A stretch of 64,000 nucleotides of DNA from Glycera tridactyla (Eukaryota), in the NCBI GenBank assembly GCA_965644265.1, contig OZ286474.1, forward strand, positions 58,962,001-59,026,000, read 5' to 3'. Within the stretch, counting starts at the first letter, position 1; each line of letters opens with the position of its first letter. Positions 53,568 through 63,480 of this stretch are shown here, piece by piece. A program made the translations under genes and the position numbers. A model generated the notes under the pieces. The model made no database searches, had not been told where the DNA came from, and saw only the letters and a program-made list of their open reading frames with translations.

Positions 53568-56249
53568 TACCTCTATTTGTCTAATACGAACATATTGCAC
53601 CTAAAGATAGCATATCTATGTGACTGGCTGGAAGTTGACACCAAAGCCTGATAGCATTGCTTTCATTTTGAGCTAGGCACAGTACTTTGAACCAGAAATT
53701 AGGTTCATGGGATACTTAACCAATGCTTTCAGTTGTAAACTGCCATCACCAACCCCGGTTTATATCAAGGTTGACCAATGCTGGCGCTATGGAGGATAAT
53801 CGAATTCAGTTCTGGAAACTTCCACCAGTGAATTTCAATGTATTGACACAAGGTGGCACTTGTGGTGAGCTGACTTCCTCTTCCTGTTCCACCATGATAA
53901 TCTAATTAACTTTGAGATATGAAAGCGAGTGCGTTTTGGCAATTGATATGATATATTCAACCCGACTCCTTATCATCAAATCTTACTAATGAATGATTGT
54001 GAAAATTGCATTGTACACCTGACATGCTTGAGCTATGAGTAGTACAGAATCAGTCAATGAATCCTCTGATTCACCCAGAAATCATTAGCATGGCTAACGC
54101 ATTTCCGGCATTCTGCTTCCAAACCAAAAGCTCCACATAAATGAAAGGCTATGCCTATCTCTATGCCATAAACTGTGTTTGAGCTTTTCTGTCAGTCGTC
54201 TAGCAAACGTAGAGGAACTATCAATTCCACTATTCACCACGAGGTGTCACTTTAACCGATAGGCACCTCACTGTATTGCTTTCAAAGTCCATGTCAGCGG
54301 AAGACGGGAGCCACGAGTGCAGCTTCTCTATGTCCATCATTATCGCGCACTCGGGATGTACATGCACAGAGTAATATCAGTAAAAACACTTTTCTTTGTT
54401 GGCGATAATAGCTGGGAAACATGGAGAATTTACGATCAGACAAAAAACGGGGCATTATCAAGTGAGCAAAGCCATTGTCTCGATGTAGATTTATTCAAAT
54501 TGTGACTCGTAATTTTATACTTATTCCATTTTTTTTCTAGACGACGAATAAGGGCTCGCGAGTAAATTTGTCAGGTTCTGATAATAGTAATTTCCCCTCT
54601 GGCGTGGTTCGTAATATATTCAAGTAAGCTCATAAAGAACGAAATAATTTGTGCTGGTTTTGAGTCACGACGGCATGATGAACATATTGGCCAGGGAGTG
54701 TGATAACATGACTACCTAATCTGGCGAGGGATGTAGATGGGTGAATAATATAACATGCCCGGTCTCTATGACCTCGCACAATGGCGGGTCAATTCAAATC
54801 TCATAAGTTCACGCATACCCATACATCATTATTCACATGGGCATGCATCCGCGCGCGAAAACCACCTGCATACACCACCTGTGAGCTGCCATGCAAACCC
54901 CGTCAACATTGTGCGTTGATTCAATTCAGTCATTATGCCCTAATGGAGGCTGAACCTTCCATTGTAATATAGCCCCCATTGCAGCTGCTACGTATAATGC
55001 ATGCCAAGGGTTTATCATAGTCGTCACGGTGTTCAACCTCTTGAAGGCAGCCACATGACCTTCGTCTGAGAGATTGCAGCAAGTTTCCATCAGGCGGTCG
55101 ATTCCATGAGGCGGTACGAGCACTCACGAAGTGCTACACTGAGACTCTTCTCGCATTCGGATCGAAAAGGGTTATATGACATCTTTCGAGACACAGTCGC
55201 TAAGAAAACGTTAATGACATACATTTCTGACGGGGAGCATGTAATGTGGATCCCAACCCCTAAGCCCTCCACGATGGTCACTGAGAGGCAAAACAGACAG
55301 GAGAAAGAAAGTGACAGACATACAGCTGTTTGTGTGACTCCCGTGAGCACCATCTGGGCTACACCAAGACGCCAATGTGAAATATGGGGATGCGCAGGCA
55401 CCCAAGGTGTCATTCCTGACCGACAGCCAGACAGACAGACAGATTTTAAGATTGAAAATTAGTGACAGAGAAAAAATTGAATTCTAATCAAACCATTTAC
55501 CTCACGGGGGACATTTCATGTATATATCCTATAGAGGTTTTGGAAGAGCCCATAGAACAGAGAAAAGCATAATTAGAGACAGATATAGAGAACGAGAGTC
55601 CTATACAAATAGCAAGAAATGCACTATGAAAGTGCTACCCGATAGCAAAATGAATGACGGATAAATACGCAGGGTATTTCGGCAATCGTATTTCACAAAG
55701 ATATGTGTCAAAACCAACTGGAGTACTTCCCAGAAAGCCTCCCTGAAAATAACCATTTCTATCGAACTCACGGGTTTCGACAGCCTTTTGAAATGATATA
55801 TGCAATGCCAACTTTGTTCACGATAAGTATGATTCTACCGTAGACAACTCGGAGGAGGAGGAACAAAATGGAGAAATGGACGGATTGATGAACAGGCGAT
55901 GGTTGACTTTTGAGGATTAAGGACATTTACGTATGTCAGGTTCTTACATTGTCAGTAAACCTTAACTGGGTGCACTGCCAATATGGGGCAAATGTCCGAT
56001 TTAAAACCCTGACTGTTGACATTATACGGGATATTCATTTTCTTCAGAAAAACTTTTTTGAGAACGAATGAAGGTGTTTTGTAGTTAGCAACTAGTGGAG
56101 TTGAATATAGTGCCCTCAAGACAATGGAATCTGGTAAAAAACAGATAAGCAATTTTTGATAAATATTATTGTCAGCCTGATTTTTGAAAAATGTATTTTG
56201 TAAAATTCTTGACTTTTTGTTCAAAATACGAAACTATTGTTTTAGGTCG

Positions 56250-56320
56250 CACGTGGCCAGATGGCGCCCCAGGCGGGGTATATAAGAGCTGCAATCCGAC
56301 TCCTCGGCCCACTTTCAGCT
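56250..56320 (+). promoter_or_regulatory. Candidate Pol II promoter of the retroelement
   Basis: CACGTG at 56250, GGCGGG at 56272, TATATAAG at 56279-56286 and an Inr-like TTCAGCT about 35 bp downstream, at the sharp AT-rich to GC-rich transition. Confidence 0.5.
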
Positions 56321-56360
56321 CCAATGAGTCAGGTGATAGTTCTATTGTTACGCGCGGCGC

Positions 56361-57140
56361 ATGATCGGTTTACCTTGTCTAGGCATGGCTTCCTTTAAGC
56401 CAAAGTTTGCTCCATACGTACCACTCAACCATTGGCTTGGTCGTAAACCAAGAGTCACCATTTTAGGCCACTCACTTACAAAACACCAGGATGAAGCGTT
56501 GATAGATACCATATCTGAGGAAGGTCTATGGCCTGAAATTACGGCTGGGACTCTGTCTAGAGGTGAGGTAAATGCACATTTAATGAATCTCTCAGACACC
56601 TTCGCTGAGGTGGATTTTCGTTCATGTACATTTCTGAAATGTTATGAAGGTAATGTGGACATCCAGGACGAAATGTTGGCGATAGATGCTCTGGCCCCTG
56701 ACATTTTGCTGGTGGACTTGGGCTCTAACGATTTAGTTCGACTTGGTAGTGACCCGGTGGCCCTGGCGCATGAGTTGGTGCATTTAGGGGCTGCAGCAGT
56801 AGCAAGAGGGACGGTCAAAATGGTCCTATTTATGGCCTGCTTGGACCGTTTGGCGGCCCCTCCAAATTTCAGGTTAAAGGCCCTTTCCTTTAATAGAAAC
56901 CTGGAATTCCTTTGCGAGAACAGCGGAATGTTGAAATTCTATGAAACACGTGGTTTCGGAAGATTAGAACCTGGAACCCCACGAGCCATTGTTCGTTGGA
57001 GTGTGGATGGTATTCATCCGACTCGTGGCTCGAAGTATTTCAGGCGTTACGGCATGCAGTTGCGTCACGCACTATTGACTTGCGTTCCGCAATTAGGCCG
57101 CCTGGTTCGTGGGGTTCGCATGGTGCCTGCGTTGAACTGA
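56361..57140 (+). CDS. SGNH/GDSL-type hydrolase (esterase), 259 aa
   Basis: Block I VTILGHSL (catalytic Ser), block III DLGSNDL (GxND) and block V DGIHP (DxxH), in correct order and spacing. Confidence 0.85.
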   Translation: MIGLPCLGMASFKPKFAPYVPLNHWLGRKPRVTILGHSLTKHQDEALIDTISEEGLWPEITAGTLSRGEVNAHLMNLSDTFAEVDFRSCTFLKCYEGNVDIQDEMLAIDALAPDILLVDLGSNDLVRLGSDPVALAHELVHLGAAAVARGTVKMVLFMACLDRLAAPPNFRLKALSFNRNLEFLCENSGMLKFYETRGFGRLEPGTPRAIVRWSVDGIHPTRGSKYFRRYGMQLRHALLTCVPQLGRLVRGVRMVPALN

Positions 57141-57223
57141 AAGTGTGTGTTATGTGGGTGTACATTTCTGTTGTTAGGGTTTATCTCCTTTTGTTGGGTT
57201 TATTTTATTTTTGTTAGGTTCGT

Positions 57224-59170
57224 TTGTCTGTCCACTTGTATAACTTGAGAGCTACCGGTGTTTTTCAATTTTGTAGCATGGCTAAAAGGCAGCACTCGGA
57301 AGACATAGATGATAGAATTGGGCGTAAACAGGCCAACTTTGACAGACCCAATGATGGGTTGGTCTTTGAACCAGTGGATGGACAACGGAACAGCAGGGAC
57401 CCATATCTCGAGTTGATAGGTGGTGTTTCGCAAGCATCCGCCTCATCTCAGGTTGGTATAGAACTTACACAAATCCCTTGTGCTCAACCCTCGAATGTGT
57501 CCTCTCACCTTGATGTGACACAGACGTCCAATGATCCTACCTTGGATTCCCAGATGAGTATGGGGCAGAAGCTTGATAGGTTACGAAGGCATGGTGCAAA
57601 TGCGAATTCTGTAAAGCATAGGCAAGTGCAAAACGGTTTAGGTAGAGCTGTACCTAATCATTTCGGACTTGGGCCACGTGTTCCTGTCTTTGCACAAGGG
57701 GACAGTACATCACCTGTTGCGCCACCATTGGTCTCGCCTTTGCATAATCAGAATGTTTCTCTCTCTAACAGGGATGCTCTGGTCGAACTCAAGCACGATT
57801 TCAGAATCTCGATGGATATGGCATTCAAACAAATGGATGCGATAAGCAACGTTATGGAGTCCATACAAGGGCGCATGAATCAGATGGCGGCTTCAGATGG
57901 CGGTGCTGGTGGCAGTGGTGGCAACGACTGTAATGCAGATGACAGCAATAGAGGTAAGACACCTTTCTTTTCCGAGTCATTCAGGCCTAGTATGAACATT
58001 AATGCTTCGGATACTGCTATTCGCAGAGAACACATGAACATGCTCTCGGGGGACAGACAAACTGGTGGTATGCTGAGACAAGGTTTGAGGGTTAATGAAT
58101 CACGAGTGGCGGATACGGATGACCGAATCCGTTACTCTAACAATAGCGATGTCAATTGCGGACAACTTCCTAGGCCAGGTATACAGACCCAGTCAAGCGT
58201 TACGCGCGGCACGTTGTATCAGAGGTGGGGTGATATGCAGCCTTTGTTAGCTCAAGGTCAGTCCTTTGATACATTTCAAAGGTTGGAGTCTCTCAAGGTC
58301 AGATTTACGGGAGAGGCTAGTATGTTTTCGCAAGCGCAGAAAGACGCTGCTAGTAGTATAGGTATACGAGGAACACCAGGTATATTTCAGCGTGGTGCAA
58401 ACATATCTTCTCCTTTTGTGGGCTTTCCATTAGAAGGTCAGACTTGGGTACAACAGGTTGACAATCCTGAACCAAGACAGATGATCACAGCAGGGTTACC
58501 CATTGGGTTTAACGTGGATTTAGCCACACGCATTGATATCTGGGAGGATAAATGCGTTGACCTGGCTGAGCTTATGCATACAGCTAGAATTGTGAACCCT
58601 CAGTACAAGGTTGACGGCAAAACGGGCCATTTTGTCACGGCAAAACGACGGAGGAACATTACCAACATTTTTGAATGGGATAAAGCTTTCTTAATCTTTC
58701 AAGGCATATACAACCAGCATCCCTTTAAAAACCCGGTCCAAAAGGTCAAAGATGGTTGTGATCTATTGACATACGTTCACGATGTACGAGAGCTTGCAGC
58801 AAAAGGGGGAGATTTTCTTTCATATGACGAGAATTTCCGGTCTCTCCGTGCTCAGATGCTGTTTTCATTTGCATGGTCTACTTACCATGTTGTGTTATAC
58901 CAGAATTGTCTCAAAATTGATACTGTGAGTCATAATGCAATAGGCAAACAAGAGGGTTCTAATGGGGAGAAGTTACCCAAGGGTGTATGTCACATATTTA
59001 ATGCCAGGGGAAAACGCTGTAATATTCCCAACTGTATATTTAAGCATGTATGCGCTACATGTGCTGGTAACCACCCTGTTTATGCCTGCAGGGGAAACAT
59101 GGGAACAGGGCAGAACTCATTTAAGAAGAGACAATCGGGTGGTGTCCCCGGTAAATCCACACAATCTTGA
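57224..59170 (+). CDS. Gag-like protein (first ATG at 57278) with C-terminal zinc knuckles
   Basis: Low-complexity N-terminus and helical segment, then the DIRS/Ngaro-type core (EWDKAFLIFQGIY, YVHDVRELA, YDENFR) and CHIFNARGKRCNIPNCIFKHVCATCAGNHPVYAC (CCCH followed by C-x2-C-x3-H-x4-C). Confidence 0.85.
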   Translation: MSVHLYNLRATGVFQFCSMAKRQHSEDIDDRIGRKQANFDRPNDGLVFEPVDGQRNSRDPYLELIGGVSQASASSQVGIELTQIPCAQPSNVSSHLDVTQTSNDPTLDSQMSMGQKLDRLRRHGANANSVKHRQVQNGLGRAVPNHFGLGPRVPVFAQGDSTSPVAPPLVSPLHNQNVSLSNRDALVELKHDFRISMDMAFKQMDAISNVMESIQGRMNQMAASDGGAGGSGGNDCNADDSNRGKTPFFSESFRPSMNINASDTAIRREHMNMLSGDRQTGGMLRQGLRVNESRVADTDDRIRYSNNSDVNCGQLPRPGIQTQSSVTRGTLYQRWGDMQPLLAQGQSFDTFQRLESLKVRFTGEASMFSQAQKDAASSIGIRGTPGIFQRGANISSPFVGFPLEGQTWVQQVDNPEPRQMITAGLPIGFNVDLATRIDIWEDKCVDLAELMHTARIVNPQYKVDGKTGHFVTAKRRRNITNIFEWDKAFLIFQGIYNQHPFKNPVQKVKDGCDLLTYVHDVRELAAKGGDFLSYDENFRSLRAQMLFSFAWSTYHVVLYQNCLKIDTVSHNAIGKQEGSNGEKLPKGVCHIFNARGKRCNIPNCIFKHVCATCAGNHPVYACRGNMGTGQNSFKKRQSGGVPGKSTQS

Positions 59171-60719
59171 GACGTGGTTAGAGGGTTACATTGAAGGTGA
59201 GAGGTCTTTCCTGATTCAAGGGTTTTTAAAAGGTTTTGACATTGGGTTCAAGGGTATATCTCCAGGGTACAGGGCTAGAAACTCAGCATCTATAGAGGGT
59301 AAGGAAGAGATAGTTCGGCACTTGATCATGGAAGATGTGAAGATGGGTCGGATCAAAGGACCATTCTTGGATCCTCCTTTTGTAAATTTACAAGTGTCCC
59401 CCATTGCTATAGTACCTAAAGCAGAACCAGGTGTTTATAGACTACTCCATAATTTGTTGGCTCCGTATAACAAGCTTTCGATTAATGCTAATATTCCAGA
59501 TGCGTTAGCTTCTGTTCATTATACTACTATTCAGTCAGTAGTTGACCATGTTATTGATATCGGGAAAAATGCATATCTTTGCAAATCGGACATCAAATCT
59601 GCTTTCAGAATCATTCCAATTGCTCCTCACCAACATCATTTGATGGGCATGAAATTGGGACCGGAGTATTTCATAAACTGTTGTTTAGCTATGGGAGGGA
59701 GGTCTTCCTGTCGGTTGTTTGAAAAATTTTCATTGGCTATTCATTGGATATGTGTCAATAAGCTGAACATATCACGAATATCACATATGCTTGACGATTT
59801 TTGTATAATTGCATCTGGGGAGAGATCATGTCAGGAACATCTATCTTGGTTCACAAATCTATGTGAAACACTGGGGGTACCGTTGTGTCCTAAGAAAACG
59901 GTCCTTCCATCTCAAAAGATGTCCTTTTTGGGGATTGAGATTAATGTCCGAGAGGGTTATCTGAGGGTCCCACTAGACAAGCTGCAGAAGTATAGCCGGA
60001 TCATCGATGACCTGTTACAAGCGGGTTTTTGCACCATGGGGGACATGCGATCGCTGATAGGTAAATTAAACTGGTGTTCGTCATTGGTTAAGCAAGGGAG
60101 GACATTTCTCAGGGGTCTGATAGATTCTATCAAAGGTTTTATAAACCCAACCCATGTGGTTTCATTTTCCAAAGAGGTAGAGGCTGATCTTGTTATGTGG
60201 AAAGAGTTTCTACAAGAGTACAATGGGTATTCCTTTTTGCGAGAGTTGACTATAAATCGTCATATCTCTGAGCATTTGTATTCTGATGCCTCAAAACATG
60301 GCGCTGGAGTGGTGTTCGGAAATTTGTGGTTTCAACTCAGTTTCGTAGGCACTTGGTGTGAGCAAAACATCGCGTACCTAGAGTTTTATCCCTTCCTGGT
60401 AGCCCTAGTAACATTTAGATTGGCTCTGAGACATAAAGAAGTTATCATGCATTCAGATAATATGGCAGTGGTTGAGGTCCTGAACAAACGTTCGGCTAAA
60501 GATCCTCAACTCATGAGAATCATGAGGCACATTATGCTTTTTAGTCTCCTCAATGATATTGATTTTCGGGCGATTCATGTGCCAGGGGTTCAGAATGTAA
60601 TACCTGATTTATTGTCACGTTCTTCGGTTTCACAGGAGAAACTCAGATCTGTAGGTCTGGCTATTCACCCGGTAACGGTTCCTCGAGATTACAACCCCAG
60701 CCATTGCAATCTTTGGTAG
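58962..60719 (+). CDS. Reverse transcriptase / RNase H of the YR retrotransposon, 585 aa
   Basis: SPIAIVPK, YRLLHNL, KSDIKSAFR, LAMGGRSSC and HMLDDF (RT); YSDASKHGAG, IAYLEFYP, HSDNMAVV and NVIPDLLSR (RNase H). Confidence 0.95.
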   Translation: MGRSYPRVYVTYLMPGENAVIFPTVYLSMYALHVLVTTLFMPAGETWEQGRTHLRRDNRVVSPVNPHNLETWLEGYIEGERSFLIQGFLKGFDIGFKGISPGYRARNSASIEGKEEIVRHLIMEDVKMGRIKGPFLDPPFVNLQVSPIAIVPKAEPGVYRLLHNLLAPYNKLSINANIPDALASVHYTTIQSVVDHVIDIGKNAYLCKSDIKSAFRIIPIAPHQHHLMGMKLGPEYFINCCLAMGGRSSCRLFEKFSLAIHWICVNKLNISRISHMLDDFCIIASGERSCQEHLSWFTNLCETLGVPLCPKKTVLPSQKMSFLGIEINVREGYLRVPLDKLQKYSRIIDDLLQAGFCTMGDMRSLIGKLNWCSSLVKQGRTFLRGLIDSIKGFINPTHVVSFSKEVEADLVMWKEFLQEYNGYSFLRELTINRHISEHLYSDASKHGAGVVFGNLWFQLSFVGTWCEQNIAYLEFYPFLVALVTFRLALRHKEVIMHSDNMAVVEVLNKRSAKDPQLMRIMRHIMLFSLLNDIDFRAIHVPGVQNVIPDLLSRSSVSQEKLRSVGLAIHPVTVPRDYNPSHCNLW

Positions 60720-61597
60720 ACAAGCTCATAGAAGATTCTTTTGCGAGATCTACTATAACCAGATATAAAAAGGTTTGGGATGAGTTTTGCTCATTTGTTG
60801 CTTTGTACAATTTAGATTTATCACATACAGCTATCTGCCTGTATGTAGCGCATCTACATGAGCAAGGACTGAAGGTTGCTACAATCAGATCAAGATTGTC
60901 TGCGATCTCTCATGGATTCAAATCCACTAATCAGTTGGACCATTGTAAACATTATTGTGTTCAAAGAGCGGTGATGGGGATACAAAAGAATTCAAGAGGG
61001 GCTGATAAGAGGCAACCCATTAACTTGGAAGTTTTAGATAAACTTATAGAGGGGTTTTTTAAAGTAGTAGAGAATTACGTGGAAGCGATGCTGGTGGCAA
61101 CGGTTTTCTCTTGGGCTTACCATCTTTGTTTCCGTATATCTGAGTACGCGAAAACTGGAACCAGCGACCACACGGTGAGATTAAGTGATCTCGAGCAAGC
61201 ATCAGACAAAGGGCAGATTGCTGCTTTCCGACTCACTTCGAGGTCATATAAGTTCTCGACGGGGGCTAGGACTTTTGTTTTGAGTAAAAGACCAGGTATA
61301 AGATACTGCCCTGTAGACCTAATGACCAAATATCTTATTACAAGAGGTAACGAAGAGGGTCCAATTTTTGTTAGGAATAGCGTTGGGATCTCGAGCCAGT
61401 ATGTCAATAATTGGATAAGGGTTCTAGGCAATTTAATATTTGGGATTGGACATAACCTTAGCAGTCACTCTTTTCGTATTGGACGTTGTTCCGATTGGGT
61501 TGAAGAGGGTTGCTCCAATGAGCAGATTCGTCTAAAAGGCAGATGGTCTTCTTCCGCATTCCAGAGTTACGCCCGCCCTGAGTCTATTAGATTGTAG
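60704..61597 (+). CDS. Tyrosine recombinase, 297 aa
   Basis: N-terminal core-binding helices. Catalytic set R (FRISE), K (SYKFS), H-x-x-R (SHSFRIG), W (GRWSS) and Y (FQSY) all present. Confidence 0.95.
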   Translation: MQSLVDKLIEDSFARSTITRYKKVWDEFCSFVALYNLDLSHTAICLYVAHLHEQGLKVATIRSRLSAISHGFKSTNQLDHCKHYCVQRAVMGIQKNSRGADKRQPINLEVLDKLIEGFFKVVENYVEAMLVATVFSWAYHLCFRISEYAKTGTSDHTVRLSDLEQASDKGQIAAFRLTSRSYKFSTGARTFVLSKRPGIRYCPVDLMTKYLITRGNEEGPIFVRNSVGISSQYVNNWIRVLGNLIFGIGHNLSSHSFRIGRCSDWVEEGCSNEQIRLKGRWSSSAFQSYARPESIRL

Positions 61598-62395
61598 GGC
61601 CGCAGCTCAGAAAGTTGGGTTAGTGGGTAGGGCCGTCTGTCCTTCACTTGCGTCCTGGGACCCTTGCTAAGTTGGAGCCCTGTATTTCTTCCGGGAAGGA
61701 TGGTCCTTGCTGTTGTCCGTCTAGGGTCCATGACCTTAGTTGACTTGTATACGCTCTATTGATGTTTCATTTTATTTATGTGAATTTTTGGAAAAGGGGG
61801 AAAAGTAGCTATTACTTAATTTTTGGACTTTATTTTCATAAAAAAAATCAGGGTTGGGGGGAAGGGGGTGGGAGAGACATGATTTGTCGACACTCATGTG
61901 TCTTGTATGTACTGCTAATCCTGGCCTGGAATACATTCAGGCCGCGACACTTTGGTGTCTGGTATTTACATGATGCAATTCATTTGTCCGAAGCCTAGTG
62001 GCTTCTTGTTATCGTGTGTGGCTCACAGATGCACCTGGTGATGCATGTGCATCATGATGTACAAGACTCTGGGTCAAGACCAGAGTCTTTCGGCGCACTG
62101 TGCCTTTGGGCACGTTTAGGCCACTTAAATTAAATTACAGCCAGTAGGGCTATTGTGGTGTTCAAAGGCACACGTGCAAAAACTTTGTTACGATAATTCG
62201 CCAAATATATATTATATGAAATGAAGTTTGATTTTGTGTTCAATTATGGAATCACTAAGCCAAATCTGTGGTCGTGGTTCATGAAGTTACTCGTGTTTAG
62301 GGATGTGAGAGTGAAGACAGAAACATAGGAATTTGTAAATGATGGTAGATGATTGAGGGTGTCTGCATGGTTTTGACTGGAAGAAGTTGTCAAAA

Positions 62396-62674
62396 ATGGT
62401 GTTATGGAGCTTGACCAAGTAATGCAATCTGGCGATGGGCAGGTAGATTTCATCAGAGTGACCTGGCAGGTTGGTTGTTAGGGTTGAGAGTTGATACTGT
62501 TGCCTGGAAATAGCCAAGTCCCGTATAAGTCCAATGTCCGATATAAGACCCTGACTGGTGGCCTTATATGGGATATGGTGTTATGGAACTTGACCAGGTG
62601 ATGCAATTGGGTCATGGGCAGGAAGTCTTCATCAGAGTGACCTGGCAGGATGGCTGTTTGGGTTGAAAGTGGAT
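62396..62674. repeat. Imperfect 100-bp direct repeat (62396-62495 and 62575-62674, period 179)
   Basis: About 15 mismatches in 100 bp by manual alignment. Confidence 0.85.
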
Positions 62675-63442
62675 TTTCACGACTGGTATTAGTTATGTCC
62701 CAGATTATGGGGAACCACGCAGAGAGGTTGTCTATAGGGAGTCACTGGCTGTGCAGACACTGCTCCACACACCTCGCATATAAGCCTGGATGAACGTATC
62801 GGTGACATATTTGATTGTGTAAGTGACTGGAAGCTGACCCTCGAGTACGATAGCAATGGTCAGATTTGATCAGATCATAGGTCTCAAACGAGGAAATGCA
62901 TCAGAATCACAGCATCAATCCATTTATCAATCCATTTATTCACAATGCATGCAAGAAGGTGCGCAGATGGGCTGACCTGATGGAAAGACAGACGGACAGA
63001 AAGACAGAGAGACAGACATACAGACAAACCAACAGACGGACAAAACCGATAAACAGTGGATAACGAAGAAAGTAGGGTGCACTGGCCTCGGGGTGGAATA
63101 TATTTCCAGGAAGCGCAGCTTTTGCAAATATTCATCGCCTTCTAAAGAAACAATGTCATTTTCAATTCGTTCGTTGGGTGCATACAGGTGACACGTTTTT
63201 CTCTTCTCCTTTCCAAAAGGTCAACTTCCGAATGAGATTATATCATATGTTTGTTCTGTGGAAATCTGAAAGAGAAAAACATGGTCCTGTGCTAAGGCCT
63301 GGATTGTGAATACATTCAGAGAGAAAAAGCGAATTTGTCAGATGCTGAAATATAATTAGAGTCTGTGTTCGGTACGTGCAACCTAATGTGATGATGAATT
63401 GAGAACAATAGAAAGGTGTAATGTTTCAAGGTTATTATTCGT

Positions 63443-63474
<32 letters not shown>

Positions 63475-63480
63475 CAGCAG
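63443..63480. repeat. (GAC)n microsatellite
   Basis: Seen directly; a further (GT)-rich tract lies at 63575-63635. Confidence 0.9.

Larger units (their letters stand above)
56244..62200 (+). mobile_element. Tyrosine-recombinase retrotransposon (DIRS order, Ngaro-like) with a 5' SGNH hydrolase ORF; boundaries approximate
   Basis: Four co-oriented, abutting or overlapping intact ORFs: SGNH, gag, RT-RNase H, YR. No integrase, no LTRs, and no methyltransferase domain after RNase H. Termini not located. Confidence 0.9.

Noticed and set aside
59760-59810. HMLDD instead of YLDD read as an inactivating RT mutation
   Set aside because: Both catalytic aspartates are intact and hydrophobic substitutions at this position occur among DIRS-order RTs; not evidence of a dead enzyme.
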